Assembly: GCA_963702845.1 (NCBI GenBank)
Contig: OY969763.1
Coordinates: forward strand, 2,752,001-2,816,000
DNA from: an uncultured Verrucomicrobiae bacterium
Lineage (GTDB): Bacteria > Verrucomicrobiota > Verrucomicrobiia > Limisphaerales > Palsa-1400
Direction: 5' to 3'
DNA length: 64,000 nucleotides
The translations under genes and the position numbers were made by a program. Below are positions 16,627 to 27,800 of the stretch, in pieces (position 1 is the stretch's first letter; every line of letters begins with the position of its first letter). Under the pieces are notes generated by a model. It saw only the letters and a program-made list of their open reading frames with translations. It ran no database searches and was not told the origin of the DNA.

Positions 16627-17220
16627 ATGCACAAAGGACGGCTGGAAGCATTCAGTGACGGCGTCTTCGCAATCATCATCACCATCATGGTGCTCGAGTT
16701 GCGCGCACCCGCCGAGGCTGGTTTCTCGGCGTTGCGTCCCCTGCTCCCTGTTTTCCTCAGCTACATCCTGAGCTTCCTCTACATTGGAATTTATTGGAAC
16801 AACCATCATCACATGTTCCAGGTGACACAACACATCGGCGGCAAAATCCTTTGGGCCAACCTCCACCTGCTCTTCTGGATATCACTATTTCCGTTCGTGA
16901 CCGATTGGCTGGGAAAAAATCATGACGCACCATGGCCGACAGTTCTTTACGGAATTATTCTTTTCATGGCTGCCCTCGCCTATTGGATTTTGCAGATGAC
17001 GATCATCCGGCACCAGGGACCCGACTCCGTGTTAGCGAAAGCGGTCGGTCGCGATTTCAAAGGCAAAAGCTCAATAGTGATTTACGCAATTGCCGTGGCG
17101 CTCGCATTCGTAAATGTGTTCATCTCTCAGCTACTTTTTCTGCTCGTCGCGCTGATGTGGCTCATTCCCGACCGCCGCATCGAACGTCTACAGCCACACA
17201 TTCATGTTGATTCGCATTAA
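16627..17220 (+). CDS. TMEM175 family potassium channel
   Basis: RLEAFSDGVFAIIITIMVLE, YWNNHH, PF motif; six TM segments. Confidence 0.93.
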   Translation: MHKGRLEAFSDGVFAIIITIMVLELRAPAEAGFSALRPLLPVFLSYILSFLYIGIYWNNHHHMFQVTQHIGGKILWANLHLLFWISLFPFVTDWLGKNHDAPWPTVLYGIILFMAALAYWILQMTIIRHQGPDSVLAKAVGRDFKGKSSIVIYAIAVALAFVNVFISQLLFLLVALMWLIPDRRIERLQPHIHVDSH

Positions 17221-19033
17221 AATTTCGTTCGCGCTTTGCATTGCGGCTTTGGTCTGCAATGCAGAACCAATCCCGCGCGCCGGCAAACCAGGTCCACCGA
17301 TGCTTCTCGGCACAAGCGTTATGACCGACGATCAGAATCGCGTCGCTAAATCGATCGGTTTTTCGCATTCGCAAACTGATTCCGATCATCTCACCGTCAA
17401 CGAAACCGCGCCGGGTGTTTGGGATTGGTCACAAGCTGACGCCGGGCTCGCTGCGATGAAAAAGGCCGGCATGGGTTGGCAATACTTCCCGCATTTTCAT
17501 TGGCCGCCCGAGTGGTATCGTAAAACCGACAAGTTCGTGCCCTGCATCGGCCTGCGCACAAAACGCGAACTCGCCGCCATGTCGATCTGGAGTCCGGACA
17601 TCGTGCCGTGGTTTGACGACTGCTACGCCGCTTTAGCGAATCACTACGGAAGCGGGACCTCAAACATGTATGCCATCTACCTCGGTGTTCACGGGGATTT
17701 TGGTGAAACGATCTTTCCGATGGGCTGGCATCCCGACGAAAAGAAACGGTTTGCCGAATCGGCAAGACCCGTTCCTGATTTCTGGTGCGGCGACAACTAC
17801 GCACGAACGAACTTTCAAAACCTTGCCCGCGCGAAATACAAAACTATTTCCAAACTCAACACCGCATGGAACACAACTTTCAAAAATTTCTCCGACCTGT
17901 CCTATCCACCTGCTGCTTTCAATAAAGCCGCGCCGGTCATCGATACCGCTCAATCGCGTCGATACTGGCTGGACTTCGTCCAATGGTATTACGACAGCAT
18001 GACGCGATTCACAGGCGAAGTCTGTCGCATCGCGCGCAAACATTTTCCGAATGCACTGCTCGAATTACCGGTCGGCGGTGGCTCCGAAGATTTGATGTAT
18101 GGCCAGGACACGACTGCGATTCCAAAAATCGCCAAGCGCTACAACGTCCACATCCGCTCCACGCACGGCGGCTTTCAACCCTTCGCGCAAAACTACGCCG
18201 GCATGCTCAAGAAAATCGCTACGCCGTGCAAATTCTACGACGTGCCGCATTGGCTGGAGCCTCCCGGCGCAATTACGCCGGATGGCGAAGTCGCTCGTAT
18301 CATGGAAGCGATCTCTTGTGGAAATTACGGTTTCTGGGATTGGGGCGCGAATCCTTTAACAGCCGCAGATAAATTCCGCGAATACACCAACTATTTCACA
18401 CGAGAACAGCCAGTCGTCGATGTCGCGCTATTCTTCCCCACAACCGACCACCGACTGCATCCACAAACCACTTTCCCGCAGAAACTCCAAACGATCGGCA
18501 GCGAACTTCGTGATGTTATGGACTTTGACATGGTCGACGAAGCCCTGATCGCGGACGGTGTCTTGAAAAAATATCGCGTCCTCGTGTGGATCGAAGGAAC
18601 ATTCATCGAGGAGCAAACGCTCAGCAAAATCCGTGCGTGGGTCAACAAAGGGGGCGTGCTTATTTGGAACGGCACGAACGTTCCGCAAACGGTCGAGGGC
18701 AATACGAACCTCAGCCGTTCCTTAGTGAGTTTGTCCGGCGGAACTCGCCGAGTGGCAAAGGGCTGGTGCGTCAGCTCTGTCTCAGATAAAAACGCGTTCA
18801 AACAACTGGTCCGCACCACCGTTTACAGTCCCAGCGTATTGGAGGCGTCGAAAAAAGACCGCCCCGAAGTCGATGAGGACTACGACGGCGTCTACACAAC
18901 ACTTCTTCGTAACGGTGAATTAATCCTTCACAACTCAACAGCTGAGACGCGCACGAACCGTCTCGGAACCGCAAATATAGTCCTCCCTCCACATTCTCTG
19001 CGTAGCGTCTTGCTGAAACCAACAGCGAACTGA
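17204..19033 (+). CDS. secreted glycoside hydrolase (GH42/GH14-like TIM barrel plus trimerisation-like domain)
   Basis: signal peptide, PGVWDWS, PPEW, GVHGDFGE, KYKTISKLNTAWNTTF, WVNKGGVLI; exact family uncertain. Confidence 0.7.
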   Translation: MLIRIKISFALCIAALVCNAEPIPRAGKPGPPMLLGTSVMTDDQNRVAKSIGFSHSQTDSDHLTVNETAPGVWDWSQADAGLAAMKKAGMGWQYFPHFHWPPEWYRKTDKFVPCIGLRTKRELAAMSIWSPDIVPWFDDCYAALANHYGSGTSNMYAIYLGVHGDFGETIFPMGWHPDEKKRFAESARPVPDFWCGDNYARTNFQNLARAKYKTISKLNTAWNTTFKNFSDLSYPPAAFNKAAPVIDTAQSRRYWLDFVQWYYDSMTRFTGEVCRIARKHFPNALLELPVGGGSEDLMYGQDTTAIPKIAKRYNVHIRSTHGGFQPFAQNYAGMLKKIATPCKFYDVPHWLEPPGAITPDGEVARIMEAISCGNYGFWDWGANPLTAADKFREYTNYFTREQPVVDVALFFPTTDHRLHPQTTFPQKLQTIGSELRDVMDFDMVDEALIADGVLKKYRVLVWIEGTFIEEQTLSKIRAWVNKGGVLIWNGTNVPQTVEGNTNLSRSLVSLSGGTRRVAKGWCVSSVSDKNAFKQLVRTTVYSPSVLEASKKDRPEVDEDYDGVYTTLLRNGELILHNSTAETRTNRLGTANIVLPPHSLRSVLLKPTAN

Positions 19034-19079
19034 TCTCGATTGTCTTTCGCAATTTCAGCAGCGGTGATAAACCAACCGC

Positions 19080-19529
19080 ATGTTCACTCGAATTATTTTC
19101 TTCGTTCTCGTCGCAGGAGGCGGAGCGGCGCTGGCTTTGCAAGCAGCATGGAACGCGCGTTTGCGAATCGCCACCAGCTCACCGGTTCTGACCACGATGA
19201 TCTCGATTGTCGTCACGTTGATTTCGTTAGGCCTGCTTTGGGTCAGCGGTGTCACCGGCCGAGGTTCGATGCCGACGTTTAATTCCATACCGAAGTGGGC
19301 CTGGCTCGGCGGAGTGTGCGCGGCGTATTATTTGATCGCCTCACTCGTTGCGCTTCCCAAACTCGGCGCAACCGCGGTCTTTTCGTTGGTCATCGCCGGC
19401 CAACTAATTACAGCCCTCATTCTGGATTCCACTGGCGCATTTGGCGTTCCCCAACTTGGCCTTGGTTCCACCCGCATCATCGGCATCGTCCTACTTCTCG
19501 CCGGTGTCGTTTTGATCCAAAAAACGTAA
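19080..19529 (+). CDS. DMT family transporter (YdcZ/DUF606-like)
   Basis: QAAWNARL, PKWAWLGG, LGAT, GQL...LD..G.FG; five TM segments. Confidence 0.88.
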   Translation: MFTRIIFFVLVAGGGAALALQAAWNARLRIATSSPVLTTMISIVVTLISLGLLWVSGVTGRGSMPTFNSIPKWAWLGGVCAAYYLIASLVALPKLGATAVFSLVIAGQLITALILDSTGAFGVPQLGLGSTRIIGIVLLLAGVVLIQKT

Positions 19530-19546
19530 TCACTCACCCAAAAAAC

Positions 19547-20548
19547 TCAGAACCACTTCTTCCGTTTGAAATACCAATAGGTCGCGGCGGTGGACACGAC
19601 CATCAATCCAAACGCGAACAAATACCCGTGTTTCCAATGGTATTCAGGCATTTGTTCGCTGAAATTCATTCCATACCACGTGCCGATCAACGTCAATGGC
19701 GTGGTGATCAAAGTGATCATCGTCAGCAGTTTCATCACCTCGCCCGTTTCGTTCGATGACATGCTCAAGTAGACCTGCAGGATGCCCGTGAGCGAATCCG
19801 CATAGCCCTGCGCCAGTTCACTCATGTGAAAAAGACTGTCATAAACGTCTCGATAGTATGGCACCAGGTGCGGTCGAATCAGCTTGAACTCCCCATGCGC
19901 GAACCGCGCCAACACCTCGCGTTGCGGCCCCATGATTTGCCGCAGGTGGCCAACCTCCTTTTTGATCTGGAGTAATTTGTCCAACACCGAGCGCGTCGGT
20001 TTATGGAGTGCTTGCTGTTCGAGCTCTGAAATTTCACTCGCCAACTCGTCCAGCGCCGGCTTGTAGTTCTCCACCAATCCATCAAGCAACACATGCGCGA
20101 CGCGATCGGGCGCACGTGCCGGTTGACCGGTTCCGCGCAAGCACCGATCCTCTGTCAAATTCACGGGCTTCAGCGGCACGTCGTGGTAGGTAACGAGAAA
20201 GTTTTTCCCGAGAAAAAAGTCTAGCTCACTTGTGGCAAACACGCCGTTTTGCCGGCTGTAATCAACAGCGTGGATGACGATAAACAAGTACTGGCAAAAG
20301 AGGTCGCCTTCTTTGGGAACGTATTCCTCGACTTTCGGCGAAGGACTCGGGGCCACACAATCTTCAATCGACAGCGGATGAAAATGAAACACGTTCTCGA
20401 GAATGCTCTTCGTCTCTTCGGCTGTTGCCTTCTCCAAATCGACCCACAGAAAAAGATTCGTGTCCGCGAGCAAGGTCGGCATCAAGAACAAGTCGATATT
20501 TGTGCTGTGCAGCCGACCCTGGGTTGTGAAAGCGAACGAGCGAATCAT
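19547..20548 (-). CDS. corA: CorA magnesium/cobalt transporter
   Basis: FHPLSIED, YRDVYD, YGMNF signature, MPEY; two C-terminal TM segments. Confidence 0.93.
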   Translation of the reverse strand: MIRSFAFTTQGRLHSTNIDLFLMPTLLADTNLFLWVDLEKATAEETKSILENVFHFHPLSIEDCVAPSPSPKVEEYVPKEGDLFCQYLFIVIHAVDYSRQNGVFATSELDFFLGKNFLVTYHDVPLKPVNLTEDRCLRGTGQPARAPDRVAHVLLDGLVENYKPALDELASEISELEQQALHKPTRSVLDKLLQIKKEVGHLRQIMGPQREVLARFAHGEFKLIRPHLVPYYRDVYDSLFHMSELAQGYADSLTGILQVYLSMSSNETGEVMKLLTMITLITTPLTLIGTWYGMNFSEQMPEYHWKHGYLFAFGLMVVSTAATYWYFKRKKWF

Positions 20549-20628
20549 GCTTTTTTCGTCTGGAGTGGGATGTTAAAGGCCCAACCCGCAGACGCAAGCG
20601 CGTTCCCCAATTCCACTCCCGATGCCGA

Positions 20629-23310
20629 TCACGGCTGCGATGCACCACTGTCACCCAGGAAAACGCGACCATACTGCCGATTGCTCGAGAAGAACCCGCC
20701 ACCGCTGTTTTGCTTCTGCAGCACGACGCCCTGGTAGAACCCTGTCCGCTTGGTCGAAGGATCAGTAAATCTTCCTGAAAATCGGCCGTTCGCGGTCAGG
20801 AATGTCAGCGTAAACACATTCGTGTTCGGCGTCGTAAACGAAGCCCTGTTTCGCGCATCCAACGTCAACGTATCGCTAAACGTCTGGGTCAGCGGACCGC
20901 CATCGACCTCCAATGCCGCGTTACTTAAAGCCAAAATCGGCGTTCCGGAATGTGGCACGTGATAAACAGAACCAACTACTGAAACATCCTCACTGAACAA
21001 CAGCTTCGTTGTTGACGATTTTTCCCAATGAATCGTTCCCTGCACGTCACTATCGCTCGACCCATTGGGCGTCAAGGTCAGCCAACCAAACGCCGTCCCG
21101 CCGCCAGAGGTAAAATAAAACGGAACACTTCCGTCGGCTGCCAGAGATGTCACTTGGACGGTCGATGTTCCGTCCGCAAGCGTTCCGGAAATCATTACTG
21201 AGCCGGAGTTCAGTGCAGAAATTGTTAGAAATCCATAACCCGACGGCGCTCCCGTTCCCGCATCGCCCTGCACCAAGACAGTATATAATCCGGTGTAACT
21301 TGTCGCCGGATGCCGTGCGTCGAAAGGAGTTTTGTTCGCGGCCACGGTCGAAGTTGAAATTCCATCGCTGACAGTTCCTTCGATCGTTCGCCCATCGGTA
21401 ATCTGCAAATTAAGCTTCAAAGCAGGTATCGTTTTGCCGCGGGACAGCGTTACGGCCGAAGTCAGGGCCACGTTGAAGCGCCCGCTGAATGAATACGTTG
21501 TTCCGCGCCACATTGCTCGCGCAGTGTAAGTGCCGTTATTGACCAACGTGATAGAAACCGTTCCCGCCGTCGCGGCCGCAGGAGCGTCGGGGTTGAACGC
21601 CAATCCCCGGTAAACACCCGCGAGCGGAATGAAAGGATTCGGCGCAAACGTCGCTTGCAACGCCGCCCCTCGATCCATCGTGAATGTCACAGTTGGACTC
21701 GACGACGTCACGCTGCCGCTCCAACTGTCGAACACAAATCCAGCCTTTGGAGTAGCCGTCAGCGTGTAAATACTTCCGGCCGTCAGCATCGAGTTGTTGA
21801 GATTCGGCGCCACCGTTCCGTTTCCGTCAGTCGTCACGACCAACGGCGTCTTGCCTGGATGGAATAAATATCGCGTCAATGAGGCTGTGTTGCCGAATGT
21901 ATCCGTCGCGGAGAATACAGCGACGTTCGTTCCCGGCAACAACGTTGCCGTTGCAGACCAATCCGTTGTGCCGGTGACGTCCACCGGTTGATCGTTGATC
22001 GTCACCGAGACACTCGCCACTCCATTTGAGTCACTGGCCGTTCCCGACATGGTCAGAGTCGTACCTGTGATCTTGTTCAGACTTTCATCGGGCGTCGTGA
22101 CCACCAGATTGGGCGGGACGTGATCTTCAGGTTGAATCGTCGGATACAGGCGCACGACCCCACTTCGAGAAAAACCATCAACGGTGCTAAATCCGCCAGA
22201 GACGAGAATCTTTCCGTCGGGCTGGACAAACATCGACCATGCATAATTGTCGACGTCCACTTTGAAACTTTCGTCCAAAGAACCATCCGGATTCAACCGA
22301 GCAACACTCGTCCGAGGCACGTTATCGACATAGCCGAAATATCCACACAACAAAATCTTCCCGTCCGATTGCAATCGAACCATTTCCGTCTTGTCGTTGG
22401 CAATCCCGAGGAAACTGGTATCGAACGACCCATCAGCGTTCAACCGCGCGATGTCTTGCTGAAAGATTTTCTGAACGCTTTCAGAATGTCCGCAAATTAT
22501 ATATTTCCCATTCGGCAGCGGAATCGCCGAGTAGACCGCCGTAGCATCACCGATATTAGGATTAAACGACGGATCCGCACTCCCGTCCGGATTAACGATC
22601 GCCATACGGCTGTGATCGGCATGGTTATAGTGATCAAACCAACCCGTCACAATGAACCGCCCACCATCCAAAAGCGTCAGCGACCGTCCCCATGTGTTCA
22701 GGTCATCACCAACATTAAACGAAGTGTCCAACGAGCCGTTGCTGTTCAATCGCGCGAGGCCGGTAATTCTCGTGCCATTATAGTTAGTGAAGTTTCCGGT
22801 AATAAGAATTTTCCCGTCATTCTGAACAGCCGTGGCAAAAATAAACGGATTCGGATTACCGTCGATCGCCACCCCAAGCGTCCCCGACGCGCCTGTGCCC
22901 GGATCGAACGACGTGTCGAGGCTGCCGTCAGGATTAAGCCGTGCAATCAAATTACGCGATTCGGCTCCCACTGCATTGAAGAAACCACCAATGACAATTT
23001 TGCCATCCGGCTGCAACGCCATCGTGCGCACTCGATAGGACGGTTGAGCAGAAAACGTGTTGTCGATGCTCCCATCGGAATTCAACCGCACCATGTAGCC
23101 GTGCGGCGTGCCGTTGAAGTGCGTGAAACTTCCGGAGAGCAGAATTTTACCATCCGGCTGTGCGATGACCGTTTCAGCAAGAGCATCAGTGCCGCTTCCT
23201 GGATTGAAAGATGTGTCCACGAGCGAAGACGCGCGCACACTCAAAGACAAACAACACAGCGTCATCAAGACGGCCCGTCCGACCTTGCCACAACTCAGAT
23301 TGGTCCACAT
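20629..23310 (-). CDS. secreted delta-60 repeat protein with Ig-like, InlB B-repeat-like and C-terminal beta domains
   Basis: repeated QPDGKI..GxF / RLNxDGSLDTSF units, then GTASDSNGV Ig-like domain and LTATPKAGFVFDSWSG. Confidence 0.88.
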   Translation of the reverse strand: MWTNLSCGKVGRAVLMTLCCLSLSVRASSLVDTSFNPGSGTDALAETVIAQPDGKILLSGSFTHFNGTPHGYMVRLNSDGSIDNTFSAQPSYRVRTMALQPDGKIVIGGFFNAVGAESRNLIARLNPDGSLDTSFDPGTGASGTLGVAIDGNPNPFIFATAVQNDGKILITGNFTNYNGTRITGLARLNSNGSLDTSFNVGDDLNTWGRSLTLLDGGRFIVTGWFDHYNHADHSRMAIVNPDGSADPSFNPNIGDATAVYSAIPLPNGKYIICGHSESVQKIFQQDIARLNADGSFDTSFLGIANDKTEMVRLQSDGKILLCGYFGYVDNVPRTSVARLNPDGSLDESFKVDVDNYAWSMFVQPDGKILVSGGFSTVDGFSRSGVVRLYPTIQPEDHVPPNLVVTTPDESLNKITGTTLTMSGTASDSNGVASVSVTINDQPVDVTGTTDWSATATLLPGTNVAVFSATDTFGNTASLTRYLFHPGKTPLVVTTDGNGTVAPNLNNSMLTAGSIYTLTATPKAGFVFDSWSGSVTSSSPTVTFTMDRGAALQATFAPNPFIPLAGVYRGLAFNPDAPAAATAGTVSITLVNNGTYTARAMWRGTTYSFSGRFNVALTSAVTLSRGKTIPALKLNLQITDGRTIEGTVSDGISTSTVAANKTPFDARHPATSYTGLYTVLVQGDAGTGAPSGYGFLTISALNSGSVMISGTLADGTSTVQVTSLAADGSVPFYFTSGGGTAFGWLTLTPNGSSDSDVQGTIHWEKSSTTKLLFSEDVSVVGSVYHVPHSGTPILALSNAALEVDGGPLTQTFSDTLTLDARNRASFTTPNTNVFTLTFLTANGRFSGRFTDPSTKRTGFYQGVVLQKQNSGGGFFSSNRQYGRVFLGDSGASQP

Positions 23311-23369
23311 TTGTTACCTTTTGCTAATTGGTTATGTAATTGTTAACTGGTCGATTGGTTCAGATGTAA

Positions 23370-24796
23370 TCAGTGCGCTTGCAAACGATAAAGCCGTGCG
23401 TTGTTGGTCGCAGTCGCGTCCGAAAGTATTTGGATCGTGCCATCACCTACCGTCGTCGAAACATCAGTCCAATTCGGCGCCGACACCGACGATTTGCATT
23501 GCAGAACTGTACGTAACGTCGTTGACCGTCGCGATGGATGCGCTGTAGGTGTTTCCGCTTCGTTGCGGGCCGAGCAACATCGGCCCAGCATTCAAACGCG
23601 CGATACCCGCGCGCGAAATTCCATCCACTGTATAAGAGCCGCCGCCAAAGAGAATTTTCCCGCTCGGCAGAACGCAGTTATACCAGACGTAATTGTCAAA
23701 ATTCGCGAAGAACGAACGATCCAAAGTGCCGTCAGGATTTAATCGAGCGACACTGCTGACCCCGACACCGTCAGCTAGCGAGAAATAACCAGACATAATG
23801 ATCTTACCGTCCGACTGCAAACGAATCGTTTCCACCTTGTCATTGGCGGAGCCGTGAAACGTCTAGATCGTAGGAGCCGTTGCTGTTTAGGCGCGCAATT
23901 TCGTTCGTAAAATAGTTACTCGTATTCTCGCAGTGGCCGGCGACGATGTATTGTCCGTTCGCCAACTGCACACAGGTGTAAACGGCTGTCAGATCCCCGA
24001 AGTTCGGAGTAAATGTGCTATCAGCGCTGCCATCCGGATTAACTCGCACCATTCGATTAAACCCCTGGCTATTATAACTGGTGAACCACCCGGTGATGAT
24101 GATTTGGTTGTTCGATTGCACGAGCAGCGATCGGCCCCATGAACCGCCGTTAAGACCGCCGCCCACATTGAACGTCACATCAAGAGTGCCATTAGTGGTC
24201 AATCTCGCGATTCCATTGCGACCAACTCCGTTGAACGTCGTGAAGTTCCCTGTAAAGAGAACTTTCCCGTCGGGCTGCAGCGCCGTGTAGAAGACAAATG
24301 GCGATGGATTTCCGTTAATTGCGGTCCCCAATGAACCTGATGCCCCGTTGCCCGGGTCGAAGCTGTAGTCCAGGCTGCCGTCGGAATTTAATCGCGCAAT
24401 TAAGTTCCGCGACTGTCCCTCGACGTTGTTGAAGTATCCACCTATAACTATTTTACCGTCTTTTTGCAATGACATCGTGCGAACCCAGTAGCCCACACCA
24501 GCAGAGAAACTGCTGTCGATCGTACCGTCCGCATTTAACCGGGCGATGTACGATTTCTGTTCGCCATTAAACTGCGTGAAGTTACCGCAAATAAGAATTT
24601 TCCCGTCCGGCTGTGGCACAATCTGTTCAACGAGACCGCCGTCTATTCCTCCACCCCCGCTGTTGAAAGACAAATCAACTAACGGAGAGTTGGGCTGCGT
24701 CGACTGCGATTGACCAAAGGCAGAACTCCCACTCCAACCTACAATAACAAGCCCCCAAATCACGAGCGCGCGTTGCGCCAAAAGTCCAACCCTCAT
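23370..24796 (-). pseudogene. delta-60 repeat protein, split by two +1 frameshifts (about 23863 and 23505)
   Basis: ORFs 23840-24796, 23464-23835 and 23370-23591 join into one protein (GSYDL/TFHGSANDKVET; DVTY/VLQCKS); may be sequencing error. Confidence 0.8.
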
Positions 24797-24826
24797 TCTA
24801 ACTCCCTCCCTTATCTCACTTCACGT

Positions 24827-27800
24827 TTATGCTGCTCGCACCGCAACCTGAGGCGCAGACCCATCTTGCGCCTTCATCAGTTGCTGCACCAACAGCACCG
24901 CAAAATCTTTAACTGTGGAGTGCTCAAAAAATTGTCCCGCGCTGATATCCACTCCGAACTGCGCGCAAACTCGCGACACGACCTGGATGGCTAACAACGA
25001 ATGCCCGCCAAGCTGCAGGAAATTGTCCGTGATCCCAACGCGATCGATGTGCAATACGTCACGCCAAATCTCCGCCAGCATGGATTCAAATGGCGTGCGT
25101 GGAGCGACGTATTCACGTGCGGCGTCACGCTGTAATGTTCCGGGGTCAGGTAGATTCTTGCGGTCGATTTTTCCGTTTGGCGTCAGCGGCAAACGTTGTA
25201 ATTCCACGCAAACCGACGGAACCATTTGCGCCGGCAATGTCCGCTCGAGGAACTCGCGCAAATCCGCAGAGCTCGGTTTGGCGGTCTCCAGACCTTGGCA
25301 CCCAGTAGCCGACGAGCTGTTTACTGCCGGAGCGATCATTTTTCGCGGTCACCACCGCAGATGCAACTGCCGAATGACGGCTCAGCGCATTTTCAATTTC
25401 ACTGAGTTCGATGCGGAACCCGCGAATCTTGACCTGCTGGTCGCGACGTCCGCTATAAAGAAAGTGCCCGCGTTGGTTTTCGGATCCGGCAACCACCGTC
25501 CCACATCACCAGTTCGATACAAACGTGCACCTTGCTTTAATGGATTCGGAACAAATTTCTCGGCCGTCAGTTCGTCTCGTTTGAAATATCCACGCGCCAG
25601 ACCATCGCCGCCGATGCAAATTTCACCTTCGCTGCCGGTCGGCGCCAGATTCGAGTGTGAATCCAGAATATAAACGTCCGTGTTCGCAATGGGTTCGCCA
25701 ATGGGCATCGCTTCCGCTTCAAGCGATTGCGCTTCATCAGCAGCCGTCACGCGATGAACCGTGGACCAAATCGTCGTTTCGGTCGGCCCATACATGTTCC
25801 ACAATTCGCCACAGCGCGGGAGCAATTGCTCCGCAAGCATCGGCGGCAATGCTTCGCCGCCGCACAAAACTTTCAGTCGCTTACTGCCCTTCCAACCCGT
25901 TTCGATCAAGCCCCGCCAAGTCGTCGGTGTCGCCTGCATTGCCGTTGCACCGCACGATTGCATCAGTGCGCCCAGCGCTGAAAAATCCGTCACCGTTTTC
26001 GAAGGCGCAATAACGACGCGCGCACCAACCGTAAGAGGCAACAACAGTTCGAGCCCCGCGATATCGAATGAAATAGTTGTGACCGCGAGTAAGATATCCT
26101 CCGGCGAAATACCAGGCCGATCGTGCATCGAGCTAAGAAGTTCACCAGCGCGCGATGTGAAATCTCAGTGCCCTTCGGCTTTCCGGTCGAACCAGACGTA
26201 TAAATGACATACGCCAGCGCATCCAGGTCGCTGTTATGTCGGTGCGTGGCGGTTTCACTTTGCAACCTCAAGAACGCATCTGCACACACCACCTTCGCGC
26301 CCGTCGCCGCGATAGCATCGCAGAATTTCTCCTGCGTAATAATTGCCGTCAGTTCGGCGTCCTCGCACATGTAGGCAAGTCGCTCCTTCGGGAAACTTGG
26401 GTCAAGCGGCACATAAGCCGCGCCGCTCTTCAGCACAGCCAACACGCTCACGAGCATTTCCAACGAACGCTCACATTGAATTCCAATGCGCTTCCCCAGA
26501 CCCGCTCCTAGCCGTTGCAAGCGAGCGGCCAGGTTATGCGCATCACGATCCAATTCGTGATAAGTCAGCGCCTTGTTTTCGAAAACCACTGCCACGGCGT
26601 TGGGCGTTTTTTTGGCCTGTGCTTCAAACAATTCGTGTGCACTAACATTCGGAATTGGATTCGTCGTGTTATTCCACTCTTCGACAAGGCGCGCGTGTTC
26701 CGCGGCAGGCAGCAACGAAATAGTTTCGTACGACTCGTCGGCATTGCGTGCCATTGACGCCAGCGCATTCGAATAGTAGTCGCACATCAAGCTGAATCTG
26801 TTCCGCGCAGAAAAGATTCGGGTTGTAATCAAAATGCATCTGCAACTCGGAGGCACTGGCATCGAGCATGAACGTTGCGTAGAACGTGAAATTGTTCGCC
26901 TCGAAATAATAATCTTCCAGGAACGTGCGTTCGCCGTATCCAGGAATGTCGTGATAGACGTGGAACTGCACAAAATCGAAAGCTGTTTCAAACAACGCGT
27001 GACCACCGGCCAATTGCTGGATTTCCGACAGCGGGCAGCGACGATTCGGCAGCAACTCTTTTTCCGCCGCGAACGTTTTGCCCCGATGAGTTCTTTCCAA
27101 CTGACCTCCACCAACTCCGACGCGCAGCGGAATCGTATTCAAAAACAGCCCAATGATTTTTTCGCCATCGACCGATTGCGGACGGCCGTTGCTGACCAAG
27201 CCGGTCAAAACGTCTGCCTGTCCGGTCAACGCACTCATCACGCGACAATGCGCCGCGAGCAAAACGGTCCGCAACGGCACGCCCAGCGCATGCGCGAGTC
27301 GCTGCAGGCCTTCAAACACATCTTTCGGGAAAATGATTTCTGGCCCGCGCGTTTGTTCACGCCCACCGGCACGCATCGCTTTCGGCCAACGCGGCAGCAT
27401 TTGCACAGGTGCTTCTTTCAGTTTCTGATTCCAGAAGTAGCGCGTTGAGTCGCTGTTGATTGCTTCCTGTTCGAGCGCAACAAAGTCGCGATAGGTCGAC
27501 TTCGGCGAAGCGATGGCCGTAGGTTTCCCTTCCAGCCAACCGGCGTAATCCTGGAACAACTCCGTCAACATCGCAGCCAGGCTCCATCCATCCATGATGA
27601 TATGGTGGAAACTAACCACGATTTGAAAGGCTTGGTCCGTATAACGCTGGATGTGCAATCGCATCATCGGTGCGACTGCCCAATCGAATGGACGGCGCTT
27701 CTCCGTTTCGACCCATTTAACCAACCGTTCCCGTTGATCATCAGCGCTGAATGTTCGCAAGTCTTCGATACTGATATCCGGCTGCGCTGACCGACGAAGC

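Noticed and set aside
22120..23346. Long opposite-strand or alternative-frame ORFs (also 2731-3456, 34674-35615, 49899-50726, 60499-61290, 62217-63074, 7446-8129)
   Set aside because: Shadows of well-supported genes in GC-rich DNA, with no recognisable motifs
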